DNA of 64,000 bases. Origin: Octopus sinensis (lineage: Eukaryota). The notes beneath the pieces are model-generated. The model saw only the letters and a program-made list of their open reading frames with translations. It had not been told where the DNA came from and searched no databases. The stretch covers positions 37,138,001 through 37,202,000 of the forward strand of contig NC_043015.1 in the NCBI RefSeq assembly GCF_006345805.1, given 5' to 3'. Shown here piece after piece: positions 1-13,649 of the stretch (its first letter is position 1; each line of letters opens with the position of its first letter). Position numbers and translations under genes: made by a program.

Positions 1-92
1 TATTTCCACTTTGCATTACCTTCAATATTTGGGTTTTTATGGTCAATAACAATATTACCAGCAACAGCGAAAGCACAGTCACCACCATCGTC

Positions 93-144
<52 letters not shown>

Positions 145-392
145 GTAGCAGCAGGGACATTAAAATTGCTTACAGTGGCTGTTTACATGCACATGTGTGG
201 TTAAGAAGGCCTGCGCGGATGGGCATATTGGGTCTTAAAAACACGAAGAGACTAACAAAGCGTTAAATAATGTATTGGGATATATTAAAGCTTTGATTTA
301 TAAAAACTGGAAATAGGGGAAAATATGTAGTAAAGTTTAATGTGAAGTTAAGTAGGAAGTACGACAATTCAGGTTACATCATTGTCACTATG

Positions 393-439
<47 letters not shown>

Positions 440-2281
440 ATCATTGTCATGTGTCGTTGATGAATATAAAATTATTATGAAAGTTAAAATTGAATATCTT
501 TATACATTTAGTTTAGAAGCCAAATGTATTTATTCTATTTTGTTAGTCAAGCAATATATTATTACTGTTGAACTTAATCATTTTAATAAATAATTTCATT
601 CAAGGTCATTTGATTGTTGCCCGAAAAGTTTAGCACCTATTCAAACCTAATCTTACAGGTGACTTACAATATAGGATCTATTCCCTGTTTATGGGCCTAT
701 TTTACAAGACTGAATCTTTATCTTGAAGGCTCATAATCTTTACAATAGGTGCCGGTTCTGTTAGTTAATGTCTGAAGATTTACGTTCTTTTATTTTGCGA
801 AATATACATTAATGGTTTCTCATTTTCCTAATACTTTAGTTTGCTCTCTTCGAGACGTGGGCCTAATTCGATCTTTAGGTAGTGATGTTGATGCACATGA
901 ATTGCGGTTACGTCTATACGTCGGTGGTATTATGTGACTCTTTTGAAAAACCTGGACCTCTTACAAGTCCGGTACGCTTTCACCAGAGGACAATCTTCGG
1001 CTACTTCAGGCGTAACTGAGATCTTTGAATGTTGCTACCACCTCGGTTCAGATCAGACCTGAATATATTGCTGAATAGGGGATTACCCTCAATACTGATA
1101 AACTCTTGAGCTGGAATCTCACCATCAGATGAAATTTACTGAATATAATAATGTCAGATGTAAACTTTAAAGCAGCTGCAACACATATTTCTACAATGAA
1201 AGAAGTAACTTTTACAGTTACTATAAACCCGATGGCGATAAAGTGTTTGAAATATAAGAGCACGGATTTACTATTATCGAAGAAAACGCATTCATTTATC
1301 GTATTAGCATTAATTATACGCCTCAGAATTAAAATTTTATAAACCTTGTATTGTTGCAGATTAAATAATGGTTTCTAATCTAGTCTCACGACCAGCAATT
1401 TTAATGAGAAGGATTTAATCAATAACATCGACCTAAGTAGTGAATTATTTTCTTATTTTATTGATCGCGAAATGATGAAAGACAAATCAGATGTTGACGT
1501 GATTTGAACACGGCATACAAAACACTGGAATATTTGCTGCAGGACATTAATTCCGATAACCTAAAGATTCAACGTTCTTGCAGCCATTGAACACCTATTT
1601 AATAATTACAGTACACTAAAAATATACATAGGTTGTCTGTCAAATATTTCCTCTATGTTTGTAAGGAATATTTTATAAGTTAATCTAGTTCCCAAACCGT
1701 AAGATTCCGTACTAACAGTTCGCATAGGTCCTATACAAACAAGGCGAACAGTATATTGCACGGCACTAATTAAACAGATGGGCAGCAATCTATTTATATA
1801 TAATCACCTGCATCAATCGCAATATAGACCAGATTACTTATTTTGTACACTGTGCAAGCTGGAGACACACTTGAGCCCCAGGGTGATGTGAAACAAAAAC
1901 GTAGTGTTATCTAACTAAATGCAGTTAGAGACATACAGTGCTACACTACAAATTCCACATATCCATTACACTTTGCCCTGTATGGAATATTAAGTAAAGT
2001 CCTAACAAAACCAGTTTCCAAGGAATTCAGAATTCGTCAAAAACTATATTTTCATACACAGACAAAATGGTGACCGAAAGCGATGATATTAAATCGTGAT
2101 TATGCTGGTGACGAATATATATATATTGGACATGTCGTCGTCATTAAATCTTAATCGTTTCAGAGACATGGCTAATAACATAACGAATAGAATTTGTTGG
2201 AGATCAAATATTGATTATATTTTTTCCGTTTCTCTCTCAATCCCATTAGTCTTAATATATATTATTTTAGCTGTAACAGAA

Positions 2282-2336
<55 letters not shown>

Positions 2337-2430
2337 CGGCAGACTTCAACTGAACACGGGCATTCATATTCGCACACACTCATCTACAGAACACATGCAC
2401 ACATACAAGTGTAAACATATTCAACTGTGC

Positions 2431-2515
<85 letters not shown>

Positions 2516-2604
2516 GAGAGAGAGAGAGAGAGATACGCATACACATATATATTGGGAATTACTCAATGATATAACGCTAGTCACCCTTCTCCCTTTTGTA
2601 CATA

Positions 2605-3295
2605 TTCAGCTGAATACAAGATTTCCCACCAAAAATCACAAAAAAATGTTTAACAAAAAGAAGTACAAGTAACTGCAGAATATGTGGAGATGGAGAAGAA
2701 GCAACAAATCATATTGTTTCTGGCTTCCTGGTCCTGGCTCCGGAGAAATATATTCACAGGCATGACAAAGTTAGGACCTATATAAATTGCAACCTGTACC
2801 AACCCCATGAAATAACAACCAAAAAAAGACGGTATAGGAACACGTCGAAAAAGGTCCCAGAAAATGAGAAAGCAACAATACTATGGGATATGTCAATACA
2901 CACAGATAGAGAAATTAACTACGATAGGCCGGATATAGTTGTAAGAGTTCAACAAGAAAAATATGCTTTCTGATTGATGTATAAATGCCTACAGATGACA
3001 ATGTTTCTCTGAAAGAAATGGAGAAATTTTCAAAATACAAAGACCTGGAAACAGAGGTAGCACGAATGTGGAATCTAAAAACAGAAACAATTCCTATCAT
3101 AGTGGGTGCATTAGGTATGATAAAAAATTCAGACAAATGCATAACAAAAACACCAGGACTAACAAATATATATAACATACAGAAAATAGCATTGGTAGGC
3201 ACCACACACATCCTACTTAAAACACTTTCAATATATTAAAAATGAGAGCATCGCAACAAACCACAGCACATACCCGGCACACAGAGGTATGCTTC

Positions 3296-3343
<48 letters not shown>
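2605..3343 (+). mobile_element. Dong/R4-type non-LTR retrotransposon, 5'-truncated 3' end (CCHC knuckle plus restriction-like endonuclease), degenerate, with (TAA)n tail
   Basis: Translation gives CRICGDGEEATNHIVSG (CCHC), then RHDKV, ILWDMSIHTDREI..RPDIVV and KEMEKFSKYKDL..PIIVGALG (RLE domain). Followed by (AAT)n at about 3296-3343, consistent with Dong targeting of TAA repeats. Confidence 0.9.
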
Positions 3344-3345
<2 letters not shown>

Positions 3346-5461
3346 CAATTATAGTGATAAAAGCAATTGGTTCAACCTTTCATTGAATAACAGCAATGTT
3401 TAATAGGTTGGGGTTTCCCAATTACGTTGATCCCCGTATTTGACTATTACTTCATTTTAACAAGCTCCAAAGAATGAAAAGAAAATTCTGCATACTTCAA
3501 AGAATGCAGCTATTTATGACTTGTTTTTTTCCTTTTGATTACAGTCCCTTCAAACAGGGTTACACTGTAGCTAAACAACAAGTACATAATTATGTTATTA
3601 ACGTTTTTTTTTCAAGTTGTTAAGTATCAAAAGAAACCTGATCAAAAGAGACGTGATACATAGAAAACAGTCAATCAAACAATATGGCGACGGAGCGGAG
3701 GACAAACACAAACGACTTCTACATAATTTACAACGCAAGTACCAAGATAACAAGAAATACATATATAACAGTAAAATGAATGCCACAGTAGAAATATTAG
3801 TACAATACGTTGTTTCCGGTATTTAAATTTCATTGTTGTAATTGAAATTGTGGTCATAATAGATTTAGTTTAACTCAAAGAAATCTGAAGAAAAGTATTA
3901 TTGGGGCAGCTATGGAGTCTTCGAATCTACAACGTTTATATCAGAGGAAGCTGTAACAAAATTGGAGAAATACTCCATCATTCAAATAATTTGATCATTT
4001 CTATCACAGAAAAACGCTTAGAGGTCACCTCAATTAATAGGGACCACAACAGCAATGAAAGTGGAAATGTCTGTCATAATAAAAATAATAATGCTTGGCA
4101 ATATTATATGCGCAAGGCCACGAGATTCGAAGAGAAGTTTAATCGATATCATCGCTGTAGTATGTGACTAATGTTTTATTTTCTCAGCCTAGGAGAGCTA
4201 GAAAGTAAAGTTCGCCTGAGTGACGATTCGAACTCGTAATGCAGAGAACCTGAATAAACACTGAGAATGCATTCTTCCCTCGTGCTCCTACCATTCTACC
4301 AATCCAGTATCTACATTAACATACACAACCATGGTCATTATTTCATTATATCCATGAGACGAAGTTCAACTGCAAATTAATCAGACTCCTCAAAACCTGT
4401 TCATATAAGACGGGAAGGAAATTTAAAAAAACTGCGCCAGCGACCTAAGATTGAAAAATCCATTCCCTGATTCTTTAAGAGCAACTTTTGGTTAATCTGT
4501 CTTATTTCGACATAGTAATAAAATACAGCGGCTGTATCTGCGTGGTAAATCTTCGAGCTAGTGTTATCTTGTGTAATCTTCCGTTAAATACAGTGCGCTA
4601 CTGAAAACAAAGAATCATAGATCGAATAGTTTGGTTTGGTGTTATGCTATTTCTAAAACAATAATTCAAGAATGCCTTGGCTAATGTGTATTTGATCATA
4701 GGTCTAGACAGAGTATTGTGATCGATAGTTATCTTCATATAATTGAATACCTTGTCTAATAATATTATTCCCGCACTGTTTTCAAATGTCTTTCAATAGT
4801 AAAATAATTTCCACGTTATAATTACGTCAATTCTTTCTACGTTTTGTTTTCGCAGTTTACACCCGACAGAGATCTTGTTAAAAATATTCATTCTTAATAA
4901 AACGTTTCAGTCCCTTACAGAATTACAGCTTCCAGTGGTTAAGCATTATTATATACATTCATTTACGACTTAAAAGCAGATCTAACAATGTAAACATTAT
5001 CGGTCACACATACAAAGTGTGTGTGATTTGTTTATACGCCAAATTTGGTGAAAGGAAAACCACGTTCGCGCTGTATGTGCGATTGATAATATTATATGCA
5101 TATTTATTTCGCAGCCACTGGTATATCTAAACGTGTTCAATACCTAAAAACTTTATAGCATCATTTCGTATCCAGACAGTTCTCTGGGACAGATTTATCA
5201 TTAAAGATCATACAACATTCAATGTTCCTTTTCTTCTCAGATATCTTTACAGTTGTTTTCCGTGGTGAAAGATCATCGTCCAGGTTCCTTGAATTTATTA
5301 GAAGATCCTGATAAATTTTAGTCGGACGAATTTGCCTCCTGTACTTATTTTTTTAAAGCCTGGGATTTATACTGAAGGTCTGTTTTGCCGAATCGCTAAG
5401 TTACATGGGCTGATTATGCACACCAGCACCAGTTGTCAAACGGTGTTGGGGACAACACAGA

Positions 5462-5665
5462 CAAACAGACACACACACGTCTACATCCATGAATACATAA
5501 TTATATATGTACATGTTTCTTTCAGTTTCCGTCAATCAAATTCACTCAGAAGCATTTCGTCGGCTCGAGGTTGGGGTAGAGAACACTTGTCCAACGTGCC
5601 ATGTTGTGGGACCGAACCCGGAAACATGATGTTAGGAAGCAAACTTCTTACAACACAGCCACTAC
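5462..5665 (-). mobile_element. tRNA-derived SINE, 5' part (octopus-type composite SINE)
   Basis: Reverse strand reads tggctgtgttgtaagaagtttgcttcc..gggttcggtccc (A/B-box-like head). Similar to the copies at 49.5, 50.7 and 53.5 kb. Confidence 0.8.
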
Positions 5666-6784
5666 CGTGGAAATAGTTTGATTCCATTTCCCCGACTCTA
5701 ACAATGCTTTCAAATCTCCATGTTATGTTTAGGCCAACATGTTTATGAGTTATATCATTTTGCCCGACGCTTTATTAATTAGGCCGAAACGATGTCCTGT
5801 ATAACCCTTAATTTGTACGCAAGGCTAGGAACTTGGTGGGAGGGATTCGCCAATTAAGTCACCCTCATTTGTTGACAGGGTCTTATAGATATTGCTGCGA
5901 TATAAAGCGCAGTTGATTACGGATGGGGCGGGCTTAGGAACTTAATACGTAAAAATCTCGACGGCATCATCAAGGCATATTTTCTGATTCTTTAATGATT
6001 CTACCAATCAGTAACCATAACAACAACAGTCAAGACCAACAAAATCTGACGCAACGACATCAATTATCAAAGCAACACGTCCAAAGAAACATAATAATTT
6101 TGTCTGATTATTACCTCTTACAATATATGTATTATGCATAATGATGAATTTGTACATGTAATCCGGACTATTGCAATTTTTTAAGTGACCATTCTTTATG
6201 AGATTTGAGATGCGTGCAAGATACATAGAGATATTGTGTGCTGTTATTAAAATGCCTAAAAGTGAGTTCACTACATCAATGTGGTTTATGTACTCCACAA
6301 ATATATGTCCTTCTCTTAAGACATACCTTGAATCCGAAGCCAGGTTTCTTCTGATCACTAGGTCATAGGACGCCCTTCAACATCGTGTGCACATTCGTAA
6401 ATATTCAGTGAAGATCTCAGCTCTCAAAATACATTCATTCTACGTTATTACAGTTTTGGCGATTTGAAAACTTAATTCGTAACGGCTTTTTGTCCGGTGT
6501 ATGAAGCGTTTAAATATATTATTAAAGATATAATATCGGTTCTTTATAGATGGTACATGATAGTAAAGTATGTTCTGTGACACACGTTAGGAATAAAAAG
6601 AAGAGAAATCACGGAGAAATTCGGAAAGACACAAACACAGCCAGGCAAATACAAACATGTACATGTACAAAACAGCAGCCAGGAAGTGGACGCATATAAC
6701 AGTACGGAACTGAAGTAAATAGTGAAACAGGGAGAACATATGAGAATTAATGTCCACACGAATAATGAGCATATCAATAAAAAT

Positions 6785-7510
6785 AATCTACAAAATATGT
6801 GGGAAAATCTGTCTGTTTGTGTTTTTGTGGAGTTGTTAGCTAACACCTCCTGCATCGTTTTATTGATTTTCATGAAACTTGATTCCTAAATTATTTGGTA
6901 TAAATCAAATTGAGTATGCTTATTTCTTAGTATTTGAACTGTTAGAGTTATTTTCGCAATTTGTCCAGTACACTGCTTAAACAAGTAAATAAAAGATTTC
7001 CTAAACAATAGATCCACTAATTTAGGTTAGTGGTAGTGGCTTATTCACGAATATACCAACACTAGCGCCGCTGAAGGTAATATTCTCTAGGAACGCACAA
7101 AATACCTTTTTTTTTAGTTATTTACTAATAACAGGCTAGCTGATTAGCCTGTTATTACGTAACATGCTTCACGATTTTAGAATATATAATTTATTAGTAT
7201 TTCCTTCTATGTTCTAGATACTCTGCGAACGCATTAAAGCCCATTTTCGGGGCTACTTTATTTGAATTCTTACTATCGGAAAACTAATTTCGTGTTATTA
7301 CATAACTGACTTCACAATTTGCGTATTTATAACTTATTGGGATCTCCTAAAAGCAAGATCCTGTGTAAGACAGTTCGGTATTCTCTGAAAATGCACAAAA
7401 ACCGTTTTAAGGGCTATTGCACATCTGTTATTGGATTAGCGAAACAATTATGAAAACGGAACCAAGGGATAAGCCCTGCTTTCCCAGGAATTACCGGATA
7501 CGTCAGCTTT
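6785..7510 (+). mobile_element. Degenerate non-autonomous Helitron/HINE-like element with internal subrepeats
   Basis: 5' part (ctgtctgtttgtg..ttttcatgaaacttga) resembles the 35.9 kb Helitron. 3' cccaggaattaccgga resembles cccgggcaacgccggg. Contains three 140-160 bp degenerate subrepeats and a 13-bp perfect hairpin (7126-7157). Confidence 0.5.
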
Positions 7511-7981
7511 TTAAAATAACGATAAATGATGAAGTTTATGATTGGCTATCAATATTACGAATAACATATAAATAACTATAACAATAACAATAATAACGAC
7601 AACAACAACAACGACAATAATAATAATAATAATAATAATTATTATTATTATTATTATTATGATAACGATGACGGCGATGATGATCATGATCATGATAATG
7701 ATGATGAGACTGATGATGACGATGATGAGAATAACAGTAATGATGATAATATTCAAATATGGGGAATTTTAATGAGTTTGATAATGACGATGTGACGGAA
7801 GCGGAGGAGAGATAAGGCAGATATTTGCTGATGGATGGTGACAACATCTATCAATGTTTCATCATTAGAAACCATCGCATTAAGTATTTACAGCAATCTC
7901 ACCCCTTTTTATTTTACTTGCATATATTTATACACAGATATATAGATATAACTTATAGTATATATATACATATATATATAT

Positions 7982-8173
7982 ATTATATAAAAGGGCTTAG
8001 TAAAATAAATTACTTTGCCGCATACTGAACTCATTAGAAATAGCAGCTAAAAAACTTTTTTAAAGCTATTTCTAATACTTAAAGAAAATCTTTAAAAAAG
8101 TTTTTTAGCTGCTATTTCTAATGAGTTCAGTATGCGGCAAAGTAATTTATTTTACTAAGCCCTTTTATATAAT
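7982..8173. repeat. Perfect 84-bp inverted repeat with 24-nt spacer (fold-back or MITE-like)
   Basis: 7982-8065 is the exact reverse complement of 8090-8173. Confidence 0.95.
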
Positions 8174-8292
8174 GTAATAATTTGAATTCGCCTTGAATGG
8201 TCCCTTTGCATACTGAACACTTGGTGAAATTGATTAATAATTAATTAATTTTGCCCTCAATTGTTGAAATTATAATAATATCCCTCATATAT

Positions 8293-8393
<101 letters not shown>

Positions 8394-8621
8394 TATATAT
8401 ACATAAATAGATATAATATATATATATATATATAGATATATATATATATATAGATATGTATATCTCTAGCTCTCTCTCTCTATATATATATATACATGTA
8501 TATACATACATACATTTATAGATATTAAATATATACATATATATGTTTTCTCTTTATATTTACATAAATAAAAATACATGTAATTTATATATATATATAT
8601 ATACATACATAGACATTTGTT

Positions 8622-8665
<44 letters not shown>

Positions 8666-9446
8666 TATATATATATATTTGTATTTGCAAGTATATATGT
8701 ATGTGTATGTCAGCATATACACATATGCACGTATACAATTTACTCAGTGAACAACAAATTGTAAAGAACCAAACCTCTATCATCGGATAAAGGAAGAATA
8801 AAGAAGAAAAGCAGTAAGAGAAAACCCTATGTAATACGAAGGGAAAAAATATATAAATACATAAAGGATGCTTTTAGCAGGGAAAGCATTTTAGCTTCAT
8901 ATTGAGGCCGTTTCGTTTTACTGGTTTTGCAGATACGCACGATTGCATTAAACATCTAACTGCTTCTCGACCATAGAGAAATATTGTAATATAATACAGT
9001 TAGATGCGTTCAGATTTGTTATGAATAATACAGTCCTTCTTATATTGCAATGCCTCGCTATACTGTGATGTGATATTCTGTGATGTGGTGCGATGTGATA
9101 CGATGAGGTATAGCGCACACCGCTTCGAAAGATTGTGTGCTAGGTGGTCTGTTGGCCGCTCAGTCGGTAGGTCCGTGGGTTTGTTCATACATATTTCTCT
9201 GATATGCATTGTTGCTAGTTCTTTCACTTTTTTCTTTTTCATTTCGGCAGGTATATTTGGCTTCTAAATATATTTTATTTATTTATTTATTTATTTACGT
9301 GCATCTATTTATCGGCAGAGGTTATTGTTCTGCTTCACGTCCGATGATTTTGTATGATTGTATATGCACATATACATAGATGGATAGATAGATATATACA
9401 TACTTAGACACCACACACACTGTGTACATTCATCCATTGATATATA

Positions 9447-9523
<77 letters not shown>

Positions 9524-9761
9524 TATATATATATGCCATATATATGTATGCATACATATAATGCGTGTTTGTATATTATACATAGAAGTGTGTGTGTGCG
9601 TGTATAAATACTATACATATATATATATATAGATAAATGTATAAACACCCACCCATGCACACACGCACATATATACTTACATATACATGAATATACATAT
9701 ATACATTCAAGGATCTGATAAAGATATACAAATACACACCACATATATCACACCACACCAC

Positions 9762-9804
<43 letters not shown>

Positions 9805-10408
9805 GATATATATATATATTATACATATATATACGTGTGTGTGTGTTTATGCCGCTTTGTGTGTCTGCATGTTCTTGGTTAATTTCATTAAGTTTTTTCT
9901 TTCCTTCAACGTGTGCGTCTTCTGATACCGACCATCGTATGAGAGTGTATCTCGTTTTTGCATCCTCCCAAGCGACAGCAAGATGAACGAACGCGCAAAA
10001 GCGTGGAACACGAAACACCGAGTGATTGAATCATCATCTCCTACAGATAAATATAATCGCTATTCACAAACCCAGTGTATATCGGTTGCCAGGATATATT
10101 CGAAGAGAGAACAACTTTCGGATTGTGACAAGAATACTAAAGACTTGCAATAAAAATCTTCGTCTTGCAACAGTTTATCACCTTCTGCTGTAAGTAATTA
10201 TTTACGATGTCTCTGCAGAATGGTTAAGTATAATCTAGGCAGTTAATTCATGTCAAGTTTGATACAAGCACATTTGCTGCCGATCAGCATTATGCAGATT
10301 CTTTAGATGTTGAAACGTATATTTCAGGGAATTGGAGATTTGTGGTTGCTTGGCTATGCTCTGTATGTGTACCTATGTGTGTTAGTGTTAGGTGTATTAA
10401 TCTGACAT

Positions 10409-10473
<65 letters not shown>

Positions 10474-10669
10474 ATATCTATCTATCTATCCTATCAATCG
10501 CTCTGTCTATCTATCTATATATCTTTCTATCTAGCGGTCTGTATATTTGTTTGTCCTACTCTCTGCCTCACTTGTCTCACTTGCTGTCTATGTCTACTCT
10601 CACTTCCTCTTGATGTTTACATATATATATATATGTATATTAATATATACACATACACACACATACATG

Positions 10670-10700
<31 letters not shown>

Positions 10701-10744
10701 TAATAATAATAATATAATAATAATAATAATAATAATAATATCAT

Positions 10745-10965
10745 GCATTAGGCATGATAAAAAAATATTCAGACAAATACATAACAAAAACACCAGGACT
10801 TACAAACACATATAACATACAGAAAATTGCACTACTAGGCACTGCACACATCCTACGCAGAACACTTTCCATACAATAACCATCAGGGCATCACAACAAA
10901 TCACAGTACATGCCCAAGGCACACAGAGCTGCGCTCGGTAGTGAAGTGAAAGCACGCTATAAAAA
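10745..10965 (+). mobile_element. Dong/R4 3'-terminal fragment
   Basis: Closely similar to 3105-3290 (gcattagg.atgataaaaaa..ttcagacaaat.cataacaaaaacaccaggact). Preceded by (TAA)n at about 10672-10740. Confidence 0.85.
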
Positions 10966-10966
10966 T

Positions 10967-11460
10967 AACTTGCATACCAAGAGGGTGGCTCGGTGCTCTG
11001 CATTTCTGTTGTTTTCCTTTCACCGCTGACGCTTCTCAACTTGTTTGTTTCTGTAGCTGCTCTCCAGCAAATCAGTTCCTTCCTTCACCACAGTTCTCCA
11101 TGTTGTTCTCTCCTCAGCCCTCTCTTCCCAGCTGCTGACATCCACCTCACACATGGACAAACTAGTTTTGTCAGTTTCCTCATACCTCAGTTTTGCTCTT
11201 CCTCTTGGTCTCTTACCTTGGGCCAGTTCTCCATAGAACAGTTGCTTCGGGATTCATGTCCCAGCCACCTCAGTCTTCTCATACACAAGATAGCTGTCAT
11301 GCTTTGAAGAATCACCTGCGCCAGCACTTCAACATTGGTGACCTTGTCGCGACATGTTAGGCCTAAGACCTTGCGGAGTCATCGGAGATGGAAAATGCCG
11401 AGGCACCTTTCATGTCTGCTGTACAAGGTCCATGTTCTCAGATCCATAGAGGAGTGTACT
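10967..11460 (-). mobile_element. RTE-clade LINE, RT C-terminal fragment (degenerate)
   Basis: Minus-strand translation includes WTLYSRH..FHLR*LRKVLGLTCRDKVTNVEVL, RRLRWLGH, IPKQLFYGELAQGKRPRGRAKLRY and WEERAEERTTWR. Confidence 0.9.
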
Positions 11461-11484
11461 GAGAATTTGCATACATACATTACC

Positions 11485-11516
<32 letters not shown>

Positions 11517-11620
11517 TATATATAATATATATATATATATAAAATAAATATATATATATATAGTATATATTATATATTAAATATTATATATATATATATT
11601 ATATATATATATATATATAT

Positions 11621-11883
11621 TGTTTGACTTTGAAACCACCTGAAGAATGTCTACTACTAGATGTGATAAAAGAAGACATGAAACGATCGTAGTGGTGGAT
11701 ATAATAATGTTAAATTTTTAAATAAATAAAATTATTTATGTATTGGCTTAAGTCTTTCTTTGTTTGATTTGCATAATAGTGGTGTTGTCTCTATTAATAT
11801 AATATAATATTTTACTATAAAATAGGATTCAATCCTAATCTGATTTTTCCCTGTAGTTTGGATTTATTCCTAATATTATTATT

Positions 11884-11890
<7 letters not shown>
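11621..11890 (+). mobile_element. Short (~270 bp) hammerhead-bearing PLE terminal fragment or mini-element embedded in (TA)n
   Basis: The ~190 nt after the ribozyme are homologous to the reverse complement of 40165-40340 and to 47116-47210. Flanked by TA microsatellite on both sides. Confidence 0.85.
11635..11696 (+). ncRNA. Minimal type I hammerhead ribozyme (PLE-type)
   Basis: Stem I accac/gtggt; core CUGAAGA at 11640-11646; stem II atgtct/agacat; GAAA at 11680-11683; palindromic stem III ACGAUCGU; GUA triplet with predicted cleavage after 11691. Confidence 0.9.
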
Positions 11891-11929
<39 letters not shown>

Positions 11930-12489
11930 CTTAGTCATTTCGCGACGCAGATCTGTGTGGGACCTGATATACGAATGTTTCAGAACAAAGTGTTAAATGA
12001 ACATAGATAGGTAAGAAGAAACAGAGATGACAGGAATAACTGATCGAGGCTCCGATTAAGATATATGATGTTATTCTGACAACCAACTTGTGAATTCACG
12101 ACAACTTATAACTGAAACAGTTCTAAGATAGTGAAAATAATAACCGTAATCTTATGTTCGTCGTCATATTTTTTAATATATTTATGTGTATATACAAGAT
12201 TACCTTTGAGAATTATGCTACCGGATAGTATTGGGCAATTCTGAGAGTGGACGCGCTTTATACTGTACTCTGACGCGTTCCTATGTTTATATCCATGTAT
12301 ACATACATACATACATACATACATACATACATACATACATACATACATACGTACGTACATACATACATACATGCAAACAAACGAAAGAGTAATAGGATAG
12401 AATAGAGTGCCGAATCAGAATTATTCAGATAAAACTTACTTGGAAATGGATGCGTCGCGTTCAATCATATAATAATATAAACAACATAA

Positions 12490-12543
<54 letters not shown>

Positions 12544-13608
12544 TAATAAAATAATAATAATAATAATAATAATAATAGTAATAATAATAATAATATGCAT
12601 GAATATACGTATATATAGGGAGAGAATAGACATATAGATATAGAGTATATAAATGCATGTTGCTATACCTATCTCTCTCTCTCTCTCTCTCTCTTGCTAT
12701 ATATATATATATATGTGTGTGTAAAAGGGGCAAGTGGAGAAATCGACTCTTCGAAGCCCCTCTTAGGTTTTTCCTAGTCTTTCTCTCTCGCTGCATCTGC
12801 ATGTATTCGTGTTCGTATAATAAGCGTTTATATGCATGACTATGCAAACTCTTACATGCACAAATTGACGGGAAAGAATTCAATGCGTATCATATATAAA
12901 CTTTTTAATGCTGCTGCAATCATATCGCCTTGCATTTTACCTACGCTAACACATGCGCAAGAAACACAAAATTTGTCACATTTTCAATAATTCATATTTC
13001 AGGAAAAAAATATCAAAAAGACAAGAGAAAATGAAAGAGAATCGGGAAAGCGAGAGGAGCGGGGGGGGGGGGGATGCTAAGTTTAAGAATCTTGTTTGCT
13101 TCCGTCTGTTTATAAAATGTGAATTTGGCAGTTTTCTTGCTTCTCCTGAAATATTCTTGGAATTTCTTCGTCCCTTAATTGGAATGACATCTTGTGAATC
13201 TAACGGCTCGTGCAAGAATGATATGTTAGTGTTCTAATGATGTCTTCGATTCGTTAAAGAATCCCATGTTTTTTTTTTCAGTGCTGCAATCGCCATTGGC
13301 TATTTATGACACTTGTTCTAATTATGACATGCGATTTCATGGATGTTGCATGATTCCTGCAATAATTAATGCAGCCGTGTTATTCTGGCTGTTTGTGGTG
13401 GTGGGCAGGTGGCGTGAGGATATTGACGATTATAATAATAATGATGATGGTGGTGCAGTGGTGAGGGTGGAGGTGGTGATGATGATGTTGATGATAATGA
13501 AGAACATGATGCAACAAACACACTACATTGGAATCAGGCAAACAATCTACCTACATATATATCTATGTATATGTGTGCATTTGTCATGCATATAAATCCA
13601 TGCTTATG

Positions 13609-13649
<41 letters not shown>

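Noticed and set aside
771-812. Other CUGAAGA/CUGAUGA occurrences (also near 3885, 33301, 35395 minus, 36013 and 62915 minus)
   Set aside because: No paired stem II, GAAA, stem III and stem I arrangement.
600-1080. Possible LINE ORF1 remnant on the minus strand (PAPIVKIMSLQDKDSVL) and a hammerhead-like cgcCUGAAGU..GAAAgcg
   Set aside because: The protein similarity is too weak and has many stops. The RNA motif lacks A9, stem III and a cleavage triplet.
12976-13215. Basic 79-aa minus-strand ORF (HEPLDSQDVIPIKGRR..)
   Set aside because: No acceptor tract, runs into simple sequence, and no recognised homology.
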